In this document: piece after piece, positions 10,294 through 20,399 of the stretch | How the letters are laid out: every line of letters starts with the position of its first letter | Position numbering within the stretch: the stretch's first letter is position 1 | Origin: Myxococcales bacterium | Lineage (GTDB): Bacteria; Myxococcota_A; Polyangia; Polyangiales; DASUME01 | NCBI GenBank assembly: GCA_047601445.1 | Contig: JASGJH010000001.1 | Span: 9,248,001 to 9,312,000 of the forward strand | Length of the DNA stretch: 64,000 bases | Direction: 5' to 3' | Notes under the pieces: generated by a model | Told to the model about the DNA's origin: nothing | Database searches by the model: none | The model's input: the letters and a program-made list of their open reading frames with translations, nothing else | Translations under genes and position numbers: made by a program

Positions 10294-11715
10294 ATGCAAT
10301 CGCCCAAGCCGACTCCGCTCGACGATATCGATGCCGTGCTGCGAGACCTGGCGCGGCCGCCAGCGCCGCGCGCGGCGTTCGGCGCAGAGCTGGCGGCACA
10401 GGACACGCATCCGCTCAGCGACGCCGTGCGGCGGGTGGCGGAGGAGCTGCAAGACAGCGTGCCCGAGCCCGCGCCCGGAGAGGTCCTGGAGGAGCGCTAT
10501 CGCGTGCTGCAGGTGCTCGGGCGCGGTGGCATGGGCGTGGTGCTCGAGGCGGAGGCGTTGCGCACGGGCAAGCGAGTCGCGATCAAATGGATGAGCGCAG
10601 GCAGCGGCGGGCAGCGCTCGCGGGCGGCCGTCGCACGCTTTCTGCGCGAGGCACGCGCGGTGGCGACGATTCAGCACCCGAACGTGGTCAATCTGTACGA
10701 CGTCGGCGACAGCAACGGCGTGCCCTTCCTGGTGCTCGAGCGCCTGCACGGCGAGTCCTTGCGCGTACGCATGCGCGGCGGGCCGCTCGCCTGGCCCGAG
10801 GCGCGCGCGATCATGCTCGGGGTCTTGCGCGGCGTGGCGGCGGTCCATGGTGCTGGCATCGTCCACCGCGATCTCAAGCCTGACAACATCTTCTTGTGCG
10901 CAGCGGAGGGGGGCGAGCCGGAGTTTCCCAAGGTGCTCGACTTCGGCGTCGCAGCCATGCGTGAGCGTGTGGGCGATGGACCCGAGTCGAATCTCACGCG
11001 CACCGGGGCGGTGCTGGGTACCCCGGCCTACATGGCGCTCGAGCAGCTCACCGGGAAGGCCGTGGACGTGCGGTCGGATGTGTACGCGCTCGGCGCGATG
11101 CTCTACGAGATGCTCTCGGGGAGCCTGCCGTTCCAGGCGCGCAGCGCGGCGGAGTTGGCCGTGCTGCAGGCGACCACGGAGCCGATGCGACTGTCGCGTC
11201 TGGTGCCCTCGCTCGCACGCGCTCGCGAGCAGGTGGTGATGCGCGCCCTGTCCAGGAAGCCCGAGGATCGCTATCCGGACGTCAAGGCTTTCGTGCGAGC
11301 ACTCGAGGAGTGTGAGCGCGACGCCGGGTGGCGCTCCTACCGTTCGCTTGGGCTCTCGTTGCTCGTGGCGTTGATGCTGAGCGTCGCGTGTGCGCTGTGG
11401 TACCGGGCCGCCGGGGGCGCACGTGTGCGCGCGGAGTTGCCGCCACCTGCGGTGGCCAACCGATTCGAACCCGCGGCGGCCGCGCCGGCACCCCCAGCCG
11501 CGCCGACGAGAGGGGAGCAAGCGGCGCGGCTGGAGGAAGCGTCGGGGGGCGAGCAAGTTCCGAACGTCGCGCCCGTCGAGGAGGCCCCTGCGCCACCAGC
11601 GCGCAAGGAAGCCAAGCGTGTCAGGCGAGCTGTGCAACGCGATGCGGTCGAAGAACTGCACCCAACCGAGGCCGCGCCGCGCGACACCACCGAGATTCGT
11701 CTCGAGGACTTCTAA
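10294..11715 (+). CDS. Membrane-anchored Hanks-type Ser/Thr protein kinase
   Basis: LGRGGMG, VAIK, HRDLKPDN, DFG, GTPAYMA, DVYALG; one TM helix then a Pro/Ala-rich tail. Confidence 0.95.
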   Translation: MQSPKPTPLDDIDAVLRDLARPPAPRAAFGAELAAQDTHPLSDAVRRVAEELQDSVPEPAPGEVLEERYRVLQVLGRGGMGVVLEAEALRTGKRVAIKWMSAGSGGQRSRAAVARFLREARAVATIQHPNVVNLYDVGDSNGVPFLVLERLHGESLRVRMRGGPLAWPEARAIMLGVLRGVAAVHGAGIVHRDLKPDNIFLCAAEGGEPEFPKVLDFGVAAMRERVGDGPESNLTRTGAVLGTPAYMALEQLTGKAVDVRSDVYALGAMLYEMLSGSLPFQARSAAELAVLQATTEPMRLSRLVPSLARAREQVVMRALSRKPEDRYPDVKAFVRALEECERDAGWRSYRSLGLSLLVALMLSVACALWYRAAGGARVRAELPPPAVANRFEPAAAAPAPPAAPTRGEQAARLEEASGGEQVPNVAPVEEAPAPPARKEAKRVRRAVQRDAVEELHPTEAAPRDTTEIRLEDF

Positions 11716-11777
11716 GCAATCGGGCATGACGGGCGTGAGGGGGAGGGGCCGAGCATTCCACGGCGTCCTCGTGAGAC

Positions 11778-12680
11778 TCAGTCAAATCCCACGCTGGCGT
11801 CTCCCGTCAGCGCGCCGTCGGGCTGGCCGCCCTTGAAACCGACCGAGGAGGAGTCCTTTCCGCCCGCGTCTCCGCGGCTGGAGCAGAGCACTTGGCCGCC
11901 GACACATTCAGCGACGCCGTCCGGCGTCGCACAGGCAAAGGGCGAGGTGACGTAGCAGGTGTCGCCGCAGGTAACGTCGGTGATGCACGGTGAAATGCCG
12001 CCGTCTTGCTCGGAGCAGAAGATCTGTTCGTTCGAGCATTGTGCTCTCAGAGCCGGGAAGGCGTTGAGGCACTCCATGCCTTCTTCCTGCTTGGAGCATG
12101 TGCGCCCGCACACCGTGAGGTCGCATTGCTGCTGCCACGGCGTACCCGCATCGGTTCCGGACGCGTCATACACATCGCCAGCGTCTTGCAGGGGGGAGCC
12201 CTTCCATTCGCAGTGCCACAGGCCAGCGATACATCGGGCGTATGCGTCTTCGGTGACGCAGGCGTAGTAAGGGTCGGCAGAGCAGGGGGTATTGCAGGCG
12301 ACATCCGGGCCGCATGGCCCCCCGGAAACCAAGGGGAGGCAGCCGATCTTGGTTCCGTCGCAGGTCGCGCGGAAGCTCAGGAGCTGGTTGGCGCACGTGG
12401 TGCCCATTTCTTGGCTGCTACACGGCAAATCGCACAAATCCCACTCGCATTGCTGCGCCGGCCACCAGGGCGTGCTGTCCGCCGACGTATCCCCTGCGTC
12501 CCTCGGCCTGCAGGTGTAGCCGACCGGGCAGCGAGGGGGCGACGTCCCGGCGTCGTTCTGCACCGAGGGGTCTCCGTCGCGAACCAGGTCCGCATCGAGA
12601 GAGAACTGACAGCCACCATCGAGCGCGAGCAGCGTGGTCAGGGCGAGGAAAGACTGACGATGAGAGCGGGAGACCTTCAT
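11778..12680 (-). CDS. Cys-rich putative lipoprotein with two copies of an uncharacterised Cys-rich domain
   Basis: Signal ending LDGGC; internal repeat TPWWPAQQCEWDLC... / TPWQQQCDLTVC...; start overlaps the upstream paralog stop. Confidence 0.75.
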   Translation of the reverse strand: MKVSRSHRQSFLALTTLLALDGGCQFSLDADLVRDGDPSVQNDAGTSPPRCPVGYTCRPRDAGDTSADSTPWWPAQQCEWDLCDLPCSSQEMGTTCANQLLSFRATCDGTKIGCLPLVSGGPCGPDVACNTPCSADPYYACVTEDAYARCIAGLWHCEWKGSPLQDAGDVYDASGTDAGTPWQQQCDLTVCGRTCSKQEEGMECLNAFPALRAQCSNEQIFCSEQDGGISPCITDVTCGDTCYVTSPFACATPDGVAECVGGQVLCSSRGDAGGKDSSSVGFKGGQPDGALTGDASVGFD

Positions 12681-13387
12681 GGGTGGCCACCGGCATCGAG
12701 CTCGTCTTCCGGGATGCCCGCGTCGGCGTAGCCATAGCCGCCGTCGTAGAACGTCTGCCACGGGTCATCCGCATCTTGATTGCTGCAGTGCCACCAGCCG
12801 TTACTGCATTGCGCAACGCCCTGCGGCGTGACGCACGCAAAGGTTGTGCGTGGGTAGCAGAGGTCGCCGCATTTGACCGGGACGCCGCAGGGCCGAAGTC
12901 CACCGCCGCCAGCGTCCGCGATATCGCAAAGGACTTCTTGCTTCGTGCAATGCGCGTCGACGCCCGTCGCGAGGTTGACGCACCCTGTGCCTTCCTCGCG
13001 TTCGCTGCAAGAGGCGCCACATAGCTTGGCCTCGCAGTGCTCCGGTGGCCACCAGGGAGTTTCGTCGTCGGTACCGGCATCGCCCATGTGGTACCCGGGG
13101 AGACTCGCATCGCCCATGTTGTCGTGCCCAGGCAAACTGGCGTCGCCCATGTTGTCGTGCCCAGGCAAACTGGCGTCGCTCTGGTGGTGCCCAGGCAAAC
13201 TGGCGTCGTTGGGAGTGCAGACGTAGCCCAGCGGGCATCCGGTGGCAGGCGTCCCGCCGTCGTTCGATCCGGATGCGGGTGGGGTCCGGAGCAGTTCGGC
13301 GTTGAGGTCGAGCTGACAGCCGCCGACGAGCACGAACAACAGAGACAGCGCGGGGGTGGATTGAGAAGGGGAGCGGGGGAGCTTCAT
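12677..13387 (-). CDS. Cys-rich putative lipoprotein, paralog of 11778-12680 (one domain copy plus tandem linker repeats)
   Basis: Signal ending LVGGC; CPLGYVC and TPWWPPEHCEAKLC match the neighbour. Confidence 0.75.
   Translation of the reverse strand: MKLPRSPSQSTPALSLLFVLVGGCQLDLNAELLRTPPASGSNDGGTPATGCPLGYVCTPNDASLPGHHQSDASLPGHDNMGDASLPGHDNMGDASLPGYHMGDAGTDDETPWWPPEHCEAKLCGASCSEREEGTGCVNLATGVDAHCTKQEVLCDIADAGGGGLRPCGVPVKCGDLCYPRTTFACVTPQGVAQCSNGWWHCSNQDADDPWQTFYDGGYGYADAGIPEDELDAGGHP
13080..13208 (-). repeat. In-frame tandem repeat, four units of 30-33 bp (DASLPGHDNMG-type)
   Basis: Two identical 33-mers (13110-13142, 13143-13175) flanked by two related 30-mers. Confidence 0.9.
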
Positions 13388-13466
13388 GGATGGGCCTCGT
13401 TTAGAGGTCTTGAGTCGGGTGCCTGCTCCGGCGTGAAGGGTACGGCTCACTTTTCTGCGCCATGGC

Positions 13467-14387
13467 CTAGAAAGAGCGCCTCAGTGTGAGGCTGACCACG
13501 GTTGCTTTGTCTGTGTCCCCGTGCCCGCTGCGGTAGTGCAGGAGGAGCATGGTCGCTCCGGTTGCCGCCGTCCCGGCACCTGCGATGACACCCGCCAGCG
13601 CGAGATTCGAGAGCAAATGCAGGCGCGCCGCCCGCTCGCGTTCGGTGGCCTCCACGCTCGAACATTGGCCGTCGGAGTGGGTGCGGCAGACCTCCTCGAT
13701 GCCCTTTAGGCGCGTGACCCCCAGCGAGGTGGCGATGGCGCTGCCCACGAGGGCTCCCCCACCGAGTACCGTGAGTACGTAGCCGGCGCGCTTCAATCGC
13801 TTCGAACCGCTGGAGCGATGACTCGGTGCCCCGCCCGACGACCTGAGCGCGAAGGTTTGTCCCCGCTGGCGACTGACCATGCTGGGGAGCGGAGGCCTGC
13901 GGGTCGCGCGAGCGGCCGGAAGCACGGTGCCATCGGCGGCTTCCGGCTCGGAAGACGGGCTTGACTGGGATTCCTCGACCTCGTCAATCTCAGCTGCAGG
14001 CGGGCTCGACTCCTCGGACTGGGCAGCCAGGGCAATCTCGGCGGTGCGGATGTCACCCAGCAGCTTGAGCGCGTCGGCCCGCAAGGATTCGGTGAGCGGC
14101 TTCACCGGGCTCAGCAGGCTCTGCTCAAGCAGTTCGCGAGCTTTGCTCAGGCGGCCTTCACGGTAGGCCAACAGTCCCAGGCTCCGCAGTGTACGCGCCG
14201 TAGGGGCTACAGCATGGAGCTGCTCGAACAGGAGGCGTGCCGTGACGAGGTCGTTGGCTTGATAGGCTTCGACGGCGCGTCGCAGCAGTTCGGGGTGATC
14301 GTCGCGCTCGGCCGTTGACACCTGTGCGTGGGCCGTGCCGAGCACGAACCAAGTCAGCAGGGCCACACACGAACACCGCCAGCGCAC
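13467..14387 (-). CDS. Exported TPR-like protein with two C-terminal hydrophobic segments and terminal Phe
   Basis: Signal peptide (TAHA-Q); TPR-like helices (AVEAYQANDLVTARLLFEQL...TLRSLGLLAYREG); ends VSLTLRRSF. Confidence 0.72.
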   Translation of the reverse strand: MRWRCSCVALLTWFVLGTAHAQVSTAERDDHPELLRRAVEAYQANDLVTARLLFEQLHAVAPTARTLRSLGLLAYREGRLSKARELLEQSLLSPVKPLTESLRADALKLLGDIRTAEIALAAQSEESSPPAAEIDEVEESQSSPSSEPEAADGTVLPAARATRRPPLPSMVSRQRGQTFALRSSGGAPSHRSSGSKRLKRAGYVLTVLGGGALVGSAIATSLGVTRLKGIEEVCRTHSDGQCSSVEATERERAARLHLLSNLALAGVIAGAGTAATGATMLLLHYRSGHGDTDKATVVSLTLRRSF

Positions 14388-14432
14388 AGCACGCGAGTTA
14401 TCACGAAAGACGAGGGGGATGCACGCGGGTTG

Positions 14433-15713
14433 TCAGCGCTTCGCCCCAACGCGCTCTGCGCAGGCTCGGGCCCGCTCGAGCGAGAGGTCGCGCTCGCGCC
14501 CATTACGGGTGAGCTCGGCGGCACGCTCGAACTCCGTGCTCGCCTCGGCGAAGCGCTCGAGCTTCGACAGCAAATCCCCGCGCACCGCGTGGAGCAAGTG
14601 ATAGCCAGCCAGCGCGGGCTCGTCGCGCAGCGCGTCCACCAGGCGCAGTCCGGCGGCTGCACCGAAGGCCATGGACACCGCCACCGCGCGGTTGAGCTCG
14701 ATGACCGGAGAGGGGATGCGCTGTGTGAGCGCGTAGTACAGCACCGCGATGCGCGGCCAGTCCGTGTCTTCGGCACGCGTGGCGCGGGCGTGACAGGCTG
14801 CGATGGCAGCCTGCAGCGCGTAGGGCCCACCTGCACCGCCCAGGGTCTCGGCCCGTGCGAGCGCCGCGAGTCCTCGCTGGATGCGCTCGTGATCCCAGCG
14901 CGAACGGTCCTGCTCCAACAGCAGCACGGGCTCTCCCGAGGCCCCCACGCGAGCATCAGCGCGCGAGGCCTGCAGCTCCATCAGAGCCAAGAGACCATGG
15001 ACCTCGGCTGTGTCGGGCATGAGCTCGCTCAAGATCTTCCCCAGGCGCAGCGCGTCCTCGCACAGCGCTGGGCGCATCCAGTCGTCGCCCACGGTGGCCG
15101 AATAGCCCTCGTTGAAGATCAGATAGATGACCTCGAGCACCGAGGCGAGTCGCTCGCCCAGCTCCGCCCCGCGCGGCACCTCGAACGGTACCTGCGCGTC
15201 CGACAGGCTGCGCTTGGCGCGCACGATGCGCTGCGCGACGGTGGGCTCGCTGACCAGGAAAGCGCGCGCGATCTCCTCCGTGGTGAGTCCGCCCAGCAGG
15301 CGCAAGGTGAGCGCCACGCGGGCTTCCGTGGAGAGCACGGGATGACATGAGATGAACACCAGCCGCAGCAAGTCGTCGCCGACCACGTCGTCGATGGCGG
15401 CTTCGGGGTCCGGGTGGGTGAGCTCGCGCTCGAGATCGAACTGGTGGCCGAGCTCCTCGTGCTTGCGCGTGACCCGCTTGTCACGGCGCAAGACATCGAT
15501 GCCGCGCCGCTTGGCGGTGGCCATCAACCAGGCACCGGGGTTTTCCGGGATGCCCGCGCTGGGCCAGTGTTCGAGGGCGCTCACCAGGGCGTCCTGAGCC
15601 AGCTCCTCGGCTACGCCCACGTCCCGTGTGAGACGCACCAGCCCCGCGACCAGGCGGGCGGATTCATTGCGCCAAACCGTCTCGATGGCGCGCTGGGTGG
15701 CCGACGACGTCAC
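14433..15713 (-). CDS. ECF sigma factor with long C-terminal TPR-like extension (ECF42-like)
   Basis: AEELAQDAL, LLRLVFISCHPVL, LIFNEGY, LLEQDRSRWD, GPYALQAAIAACH; about 426 aa from GTG 15713. Confidence 0.9.
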   Translation of the reverse strand: MTSSATQRAIETVWRNESARLVAGLVRLTRDVGVAEELAQDALVSALEHWPSAGIPENPGAWLMATAKRRGIDVLRRDKRVTRKHEELGHQFDLERELTHPDPEAAIDDVVGDDLLRLVFISCHPVLSTEARVALTLRLLGGLTTEEIARAFLVSEPTVAQRIVRAKRSLSDAQVPFEVPRGAELGERLASVLEVIYLIFNEGYSATVGDDWMRPALCEDALRLGKILSELMPDTAEVHGLLALMELQASRADARVGASGEPVLLLEQDRSRWDHERIQRGLAALARAETLGGAGGPYALQAAIAACHARATRAEDTDWPRIAVLYYALTQRIPSPVIELNRAVAVSMAFGAAAGLRLVDALRDEPALAGYHLLHAVRGDLLSKLERFAEASTEFERAAELTRNGRERDLSLERARACAERVGAKR

Positions 15714-15762
15714 CCCGCGATCAGAGCACCTTCCCCGTGTCGCGCAAGCGCGTGCAGCGGTT

Positions 15763-16924
15763 TCAGTCGCGCAGCGCACGCAAGACCGGCAGGCGCGAGG
15801 CACGCAAGGCCGGCAAGAGACCACCGAGCGTCCCGACGAGTGCCGCCACGCAGAGGGAGAGAAACGCACCCTGTAGCGTGGGCCGCAGCGCAAACACGAT
15901 CTCCTGCCAGCTCGCGCTCACCACCGAGAACGTGACGAAGCCGAGCGCGAGCGAGGTCAACATGCCGACGGCGCCGCCCGCGAGCGACAGCAGGATGGTC
16001 TCCAGCAAGAACGCCGCCATGATGCTCCACGGACCAAAGCCCAGCGCCCGCAGCACACCGATTCTCGCGTCGACGCTTGGAGACCGCGGCGTACATGGTG
16101 ATCATGGCGCCCAGGACGGCTGCGAGGACGAACAAGACCGCCACCGCGATTCCCATGGCCACGATGAAGCCAGCCGTGCCATCGGACTGTCGCTCGTAGT
16201 AGTCCGACTCCAGCTCCACCGAGAGGTCCAGTCGACGCTGCTCGAGCTCCTTGGCGAACGCAGGCAAGAGCCCCGGGGCGCGCAGACTTACCCGAACGGA
16301 CTGTGCGTAGCCCTCGCTGCCGAAGACGCCGCGTACGAGCGGAGCGTCGGCCCACACCTCGGACTCGAAGGACGAACCCTCGCTGGCGAAGATACCCACC
16401 ACCTGCAGCGTGCGCTCGGCGTTGAGCTCCAGGCGTTGCCCCAGTTCCAGCCCCGGAAGCCGGCCGCGAATCGAACGGCCGATGATGCACTCGGTGCTGC
16501 CCGGCCGCGCCTTGTGACCCGCCACGAGCTGCACCTCGGGTCGCATCTCGAATACGTCGTCGGGCACGCCGCGTACTTGCACGTTGGCGATGCCTTGCCC
16601 ATCCGGGCGCTCGAGATCCAACACGCTGACCGCCTCGGCCAACACGTCGGGACGACCGTCGGAACGCCGCGCCACCTCGGGCAGGCTTTCCAGGAGGGGC
16701 AGCGCGTGCAGGTCGATGAGGCTGGTGATCTCGGTCTCCGAGCCCTTGCGCAGCACGAGTGCGAGGTTCCCGTGCCCGCTGCTCGCCAGGGTCGCGCGAA
16801 TGCCGGCACCCAACATCAACACGGCCGAGAACACGAACACCACCAGAGCGATGCCCGCAGCAGTGCTCAACGTGGTCGCCCACCGCACGGTCAGACTGCG
16901 CCAGCTGTATCGGAGGGGCAGCAT
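15763..16924 (-). CDS. ABC transporter permease (MacB/FtsX-like), split by a +1 frameshift at 16062-16063
   Basis: MacB-type periplasmic domain (SSFESEVWAD); removing one base restores the conserved RRREIGVLRALGF motif. Confidence 0.87.
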
Positions 16925-16926
16925 GA

Positions 16927-18111
16927 TTACTCCGGTCGCCTGAGAGCGTCCGCGACCGCGAGGCGGCCGGTGGTGAAGGCCGGGATCAGGCTCGCGAGCC
17001 AGCCCAGCGCGCACGAGAGAGCCAGCGCCGCCAACATGGTGACGCCGTCGAGGCGGAAGAACGGGAACATCGCGCCCGCGTTGTCTTCCACCACATGCGA
17101 GAGAAAGCCATTGATCAGGGAGCTCCCGAGCGCCACGCCGAGCACGCCGGCGGCGAGCCCCAGCGCACAGCCCTCGCCCATCACGAGCCAGCGCAGTTGT
17201 GCGGCGGAGAAGCCCAGCGCGCGCATGGCGCCGAGCTCGGGGATGCGCTCGCGAACACCCATCGAGATGGTGTTGGCCAAGATCAAGGTCAGGATCAGGA
17301 GCAAGAGTCCAGACATCGCCTTGACGGCCTTCATCAACGAGGAGAAGCGCGCCACGAACGAGAGGTTGAAGTCGCGTTCGCTGATGGTGCGCGTGCGGTG
17401 TCCGTAGCTCGAGAAAGTGCCGTCGATGGCGTGCGCGACGGCGGCGCTCGATTGGTCCGCGCGGATGCGGCTCGCGATCCAGCCCACGCTCTCGCGACGC
17501 GGCTCGGGGAGCGACTGATCCACGTAGCTCCAGTGCATGAGCAGGGCCCCCGGATCGAAGGACTTGCGCGATGGCGTGTAGATAGCCGACACGTGCATCG
17601 GCCAATCACCGGGATACAGCGTGCCGCTCATGGAGAAGCTGTCGCCGGCCTTCAAGCCGAGCCTACGCGCCAGTTGATTGCCCACGATGGCGCCTTGTCG
17701 ATCGGCGAGCCAGCGCGCGCGCTCCGCAGCGGACAAATCGAGCTCGTCGTACACCGAGAGAAAGCTCGCGGCGTCCACCGCGAAGCTCGCGAAGGTGGCT
17801 TCAGGATGGCGCAGGTCTTTGCCTCCGAACCAGCTGAGCCAGGTGACCGCCTCGAGCTCGGGCATGGTACGCAGCTTGTCGACGTAGTGGCGGGGCAGGG
17901 CGATGGCAAAGGACAGCTTATGGCGCGTCGCGATGCGGTCCTTGGCGGCCACGTCACCGGCCATGTCCCAGGTGCTGGTGACGGTGCGGAGCACCAGAAA
18001 GGCCACCACGGTGATGCTCACCCCGAGCACGGTGAGGCTTGCTCGCAGGCGATTTCTCCAGCAGTTTCGTGCCGCCAGGCCGACCAGAGTCATGGGCTCC
18101 AGCTGAGACAC
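16927..18111 (-). CDS. ABC transporter permease (MacB/FtsX-like)
   Basis: RNCWRNRLRASLTVLG and ANTISMGVRERIPELGAMRALGF; 4-TM layout. Confidence 0.9.
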   Translation of the reverse strand: MSQLEPMTLVGLAARNCWRNRLRASLTVLGVSITVVAFLVLRTVTSTWDMAGDVAAKDRIATRHKLSFAIALPRHYVDKLRTMPELEAVTWLSWFGGKDLRHPEATFASFAVDAASFLSVYDELDLSAAERARWLADRQGAIVGNQLARRLGLKAGDSFSMSGTLYPGDWPMHVSAIYTPSRKSFDPGALLMHWSYVDQSLPEPRRESVGWIASRIRADQSSAAVAHAIDGTFSSYGHRTRTISERDFNLSFVARFSSLMKAVKAMSGLLLLILTLILANTISMGVRERIPELGAMRALGFSAAQLRWLVMGEGCALGLAAGVLGVALGSSLINGFLSHVVEDNAGAMFPFFRLDGVTMLAALALSCALGWLASLIPAFTTGRLAVADALRRPE

Positions 18112-18166
18112 GAGCGCAGAACAAAAGTTCCCGCCGGCGCACCGCTGGGTGGGGCGCCCGAAAGCC

Positions 18167-19231
18167 TCAGCTCAGGACTTCCGCGAGCGCTTCGATCAAG
18201 CGCGCGTTCTCCGCGGGCAAGCCCACGGTGATGCGCAGGTATTGCGCGATGCGCGGTTGCTTGAAGTGCCGCACGATCACGGCGCGCTCGCGCAGCTTGC
18301 GCGTCAGCTCCGCTGCGTCGTGGGCGGGGTGGCGTGCGAACACGAAGTTGGCGGCCGAGGGCAGCACCTCGAAGCCCTTGGCCTTCAAGTCGAGGGTCAG
18401 TTGCTCGCGATGGCTCATCACGGCCTTGCGCGTCTCGTCGAAGTAGGCGACGTCGTCGAAGGCTGCGCTGCCACCCGCGATGGCCAAGCGATCCATGGGA
18501 TAGGAGTTGAAGCTGTCCTTCACGCGCAGCAGCGCGTCGATCAGGTGAGGCTGGCCGACCGCGACACCGATGCGCAGACCCGCCAGGGAGCGCGACTTGG
18601 AGAGCGTCTGGGTGACCAGGAGTTGCGCATAGCGCTTGGTGAGCTGCACGGCGCTCTCGGCGCCGAAGTCCACGTAGGCCTCGTCGACCACCACCACCGA
18701 CTCGGTATTGCGTTCGAGCAGGGCCTCGATGTCGCTCAGGGGCACGGCGCGCGAGGTGGGCGCGTTGGGGTTGGGGAAGATGATGCCGGCATTGGGGCCG
18801 TCGTAGTCGGTGAGACGGATCCCGAGCTCGTCGTCGACCGCGATGGTCCGATAGGGCAAGCGATACAACGAGGCATAGACGGGGTAGAAGCTGTAGCTGA
18901 CGTCCGGAAACAACACTTCGCCTGGGCGCACGAAGAACGCGTGGAAGGTGTGTGCCAGCACCTCGTCGGAGCCATTGCCCGCGAACACGAATTCCTTGGG
19001 CACGCCGTAGAAGCGCGCCGCGGCTGCAACCAGCTCGGCGGAGGTGGGATTGGGGTAGCGTCGCAGGCCTTCACCGACCTCGGCTTGGATCGCCGCGAGC
19101 ACCTTGGGCGAAGGCGGGTAGGGGTTCTCGTTGGTGTTGAGCTTGACCAGGTTGCTGAGCTTGGGCTGCTCTCCTGGTACGTAGGGCGAGAGGTCTTTGA
19201 CGAACCCACTCCAGTATTTCTCACCGGACAT
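18167..19231 (-). CDS. hisC: Histidinol-phosphate aminotransferase
   Basis: [49 protein letters not shown]. Confidence 0.95.
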   Translation of the reverse strand: MSGEKYWSGFVKDLSPYVPGEQPKLSNLVKLNTNENPYPPSPKVLAAIQAEVGEGLRRYPNPTSAELVAAAARFYGVPKEFVFAGNGSDEVLAHTFHAFFVRPGEVLFPDVSYSFYPVYASLYRLPYRTIAVDDELGIRLTDYDGPNAGIIFPNPNAPTSRAVPLSDIEALLERNTESVVVVDEAYVDFGAESAVQLTKRYAQLLVTQTLSKSRSLAGLRIGVAVGQPHLIDALLRVKDSFNSYPMDRLAIAGGSAAFDDVAYFDETRKAVMSHREQLTLDLKAKGFEVLPSAANFVFARHPAHDAAELTRKLRERAVIVRHFKQPRIAQYLRITVGLPAENARLIEALAEVLS

Positions 19232-19336
19232 CGAGCGCAGCGTAGCACCGAGTGTGCGGCACGCGCGGAGCCCCTTGCCAGACGTCTTGGTCCCCGATGT
19301 GAGGCCAGGTTACGCTGCAGCTCCGCGAGGAGATTC

Positions 19337-20347
19337 ATGACCCGAAACGAGCTTCGATTCACGCGCTTTGGCCAGCTGATGATGGGCTTGAGCGCGCTCG
19401 CGCTGGGCGCCTGCAGCGAGCCTCCCGCCGCCCAGGAGCCCGCGCCGCCCGCCCCCGCGATGGCGACTCCCAGCGCCAACGCCCAGCCTCAGGTGGAAGC
19501 GCCTACGCCGAATGCCGTCCCCGCGCCGAGCGCTGTTCCTGCGGTCGATGCCGGCGCGCACCGCGCCGCCACGGGTAGCGCCCCCAGTTCCGCAGACACG
19601 GCTACACCTGCGGCCCAGCCCACAGAGCCCACACCTCACGCGGCAGGCACGGCGCGGCACCCTCACAAGGCGGAACCCAGTGCCGTTCCCGCGAGCGCAC
19701 CTCCTGCGCCGCCCCAGGCCGTCGTGTCCGCGTCCGCGAGCTACCAGGTCGAGGGGAGCGGGCGTGTCTCGTTCTTGATCGACGCGCCGCTCGAGAAGAT
19801 CAAGGGCAACTGGTCGCGCACGGGCGGGCAGCTCAAGGTCGATCCGGCGAAGCTCGACCAAACCCGCGGCGAGGTCAGCATGGATTTGTCGACGCTCAAG
19901 ATCACTACCTTCTCGGACCCGAATCAGAACGCCACCCAGGCGGGTCACGCCTTGAACTGGCTGGAGACCGGCGACGAGGTTGCGCCCGAGGCACGCGCTC
20001 GTTTTCGGCAGGCCGTGTTCCGCATCGAGAAGATCGTCAGTGCGCAGCCGACGGCCTTCGCCGAGGGCGCGACCCAGTGCAACGCCGTGGTCGAAGGTGA
20101 CATGACCTTGCACGGCATCACCAGCCATCATCAGGTAGAAGTCTCGATCAGCGCCGAGGGCGACCCCAAGGCTCCGAGCGCCTTGCGGGTGACCAGCACC
20201 AAGCCGGTGCGCCTGTCGCTCAAGACCCACGACGTGAAGCCGCGCGATCTGGCGGGGCGTTTCTTGGCTGGAGCGCTCGAGCAAGTGGGTCAGAAGATCA
20301 GCGATGCCGTGCAGGTGTCCATCGACTTCAGGCTCGTGCGGCAGTGA
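19337..20347 (+). CDS. YceI-family lipid/polyisoprenoid-binding lipoprotein with Pro/Ala-rich linker
   Basis: GAGGAG RBS; lipobox LGAC; VSFLIDAPLEKIKG and VEGDMTLHGIT. Confidence 0.8.
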   Translation: MTRNELRFTRFGQLMMGLSALALGACSEPPAAQEPAPPAPAMATPSANAQPQVEAPTPNAVPAPSAVPAVDAGAHRAATGSAPSSADTATPAAQPTEPTPHAAGTARHPHKAEPSAVPASAPPAPPQAVVSASASYQVEGSGRVSFLIDAPLEKIKGNWSRTGGQLKVDPAKLDQTRGEVSMDLSTLKITTFSDPNQNATQAGHALNWLETGDEVAPEARARFRQAVFRIEKIVSAQPTAFAEGATQCNAVVEGDMTLHGITSHHQVEVSISAEGDPKAPSALRVTSTKPVRLSLKTHDVKPRDLAGRFLAGALEQVGQKISDAVQVSIDFRLVRQ

Positions 20348-20399
20348 TTCTGCAGGAGCTGTCGCTGCTTGGGCTTCCCTCGAATCCGTTGACACTTGC

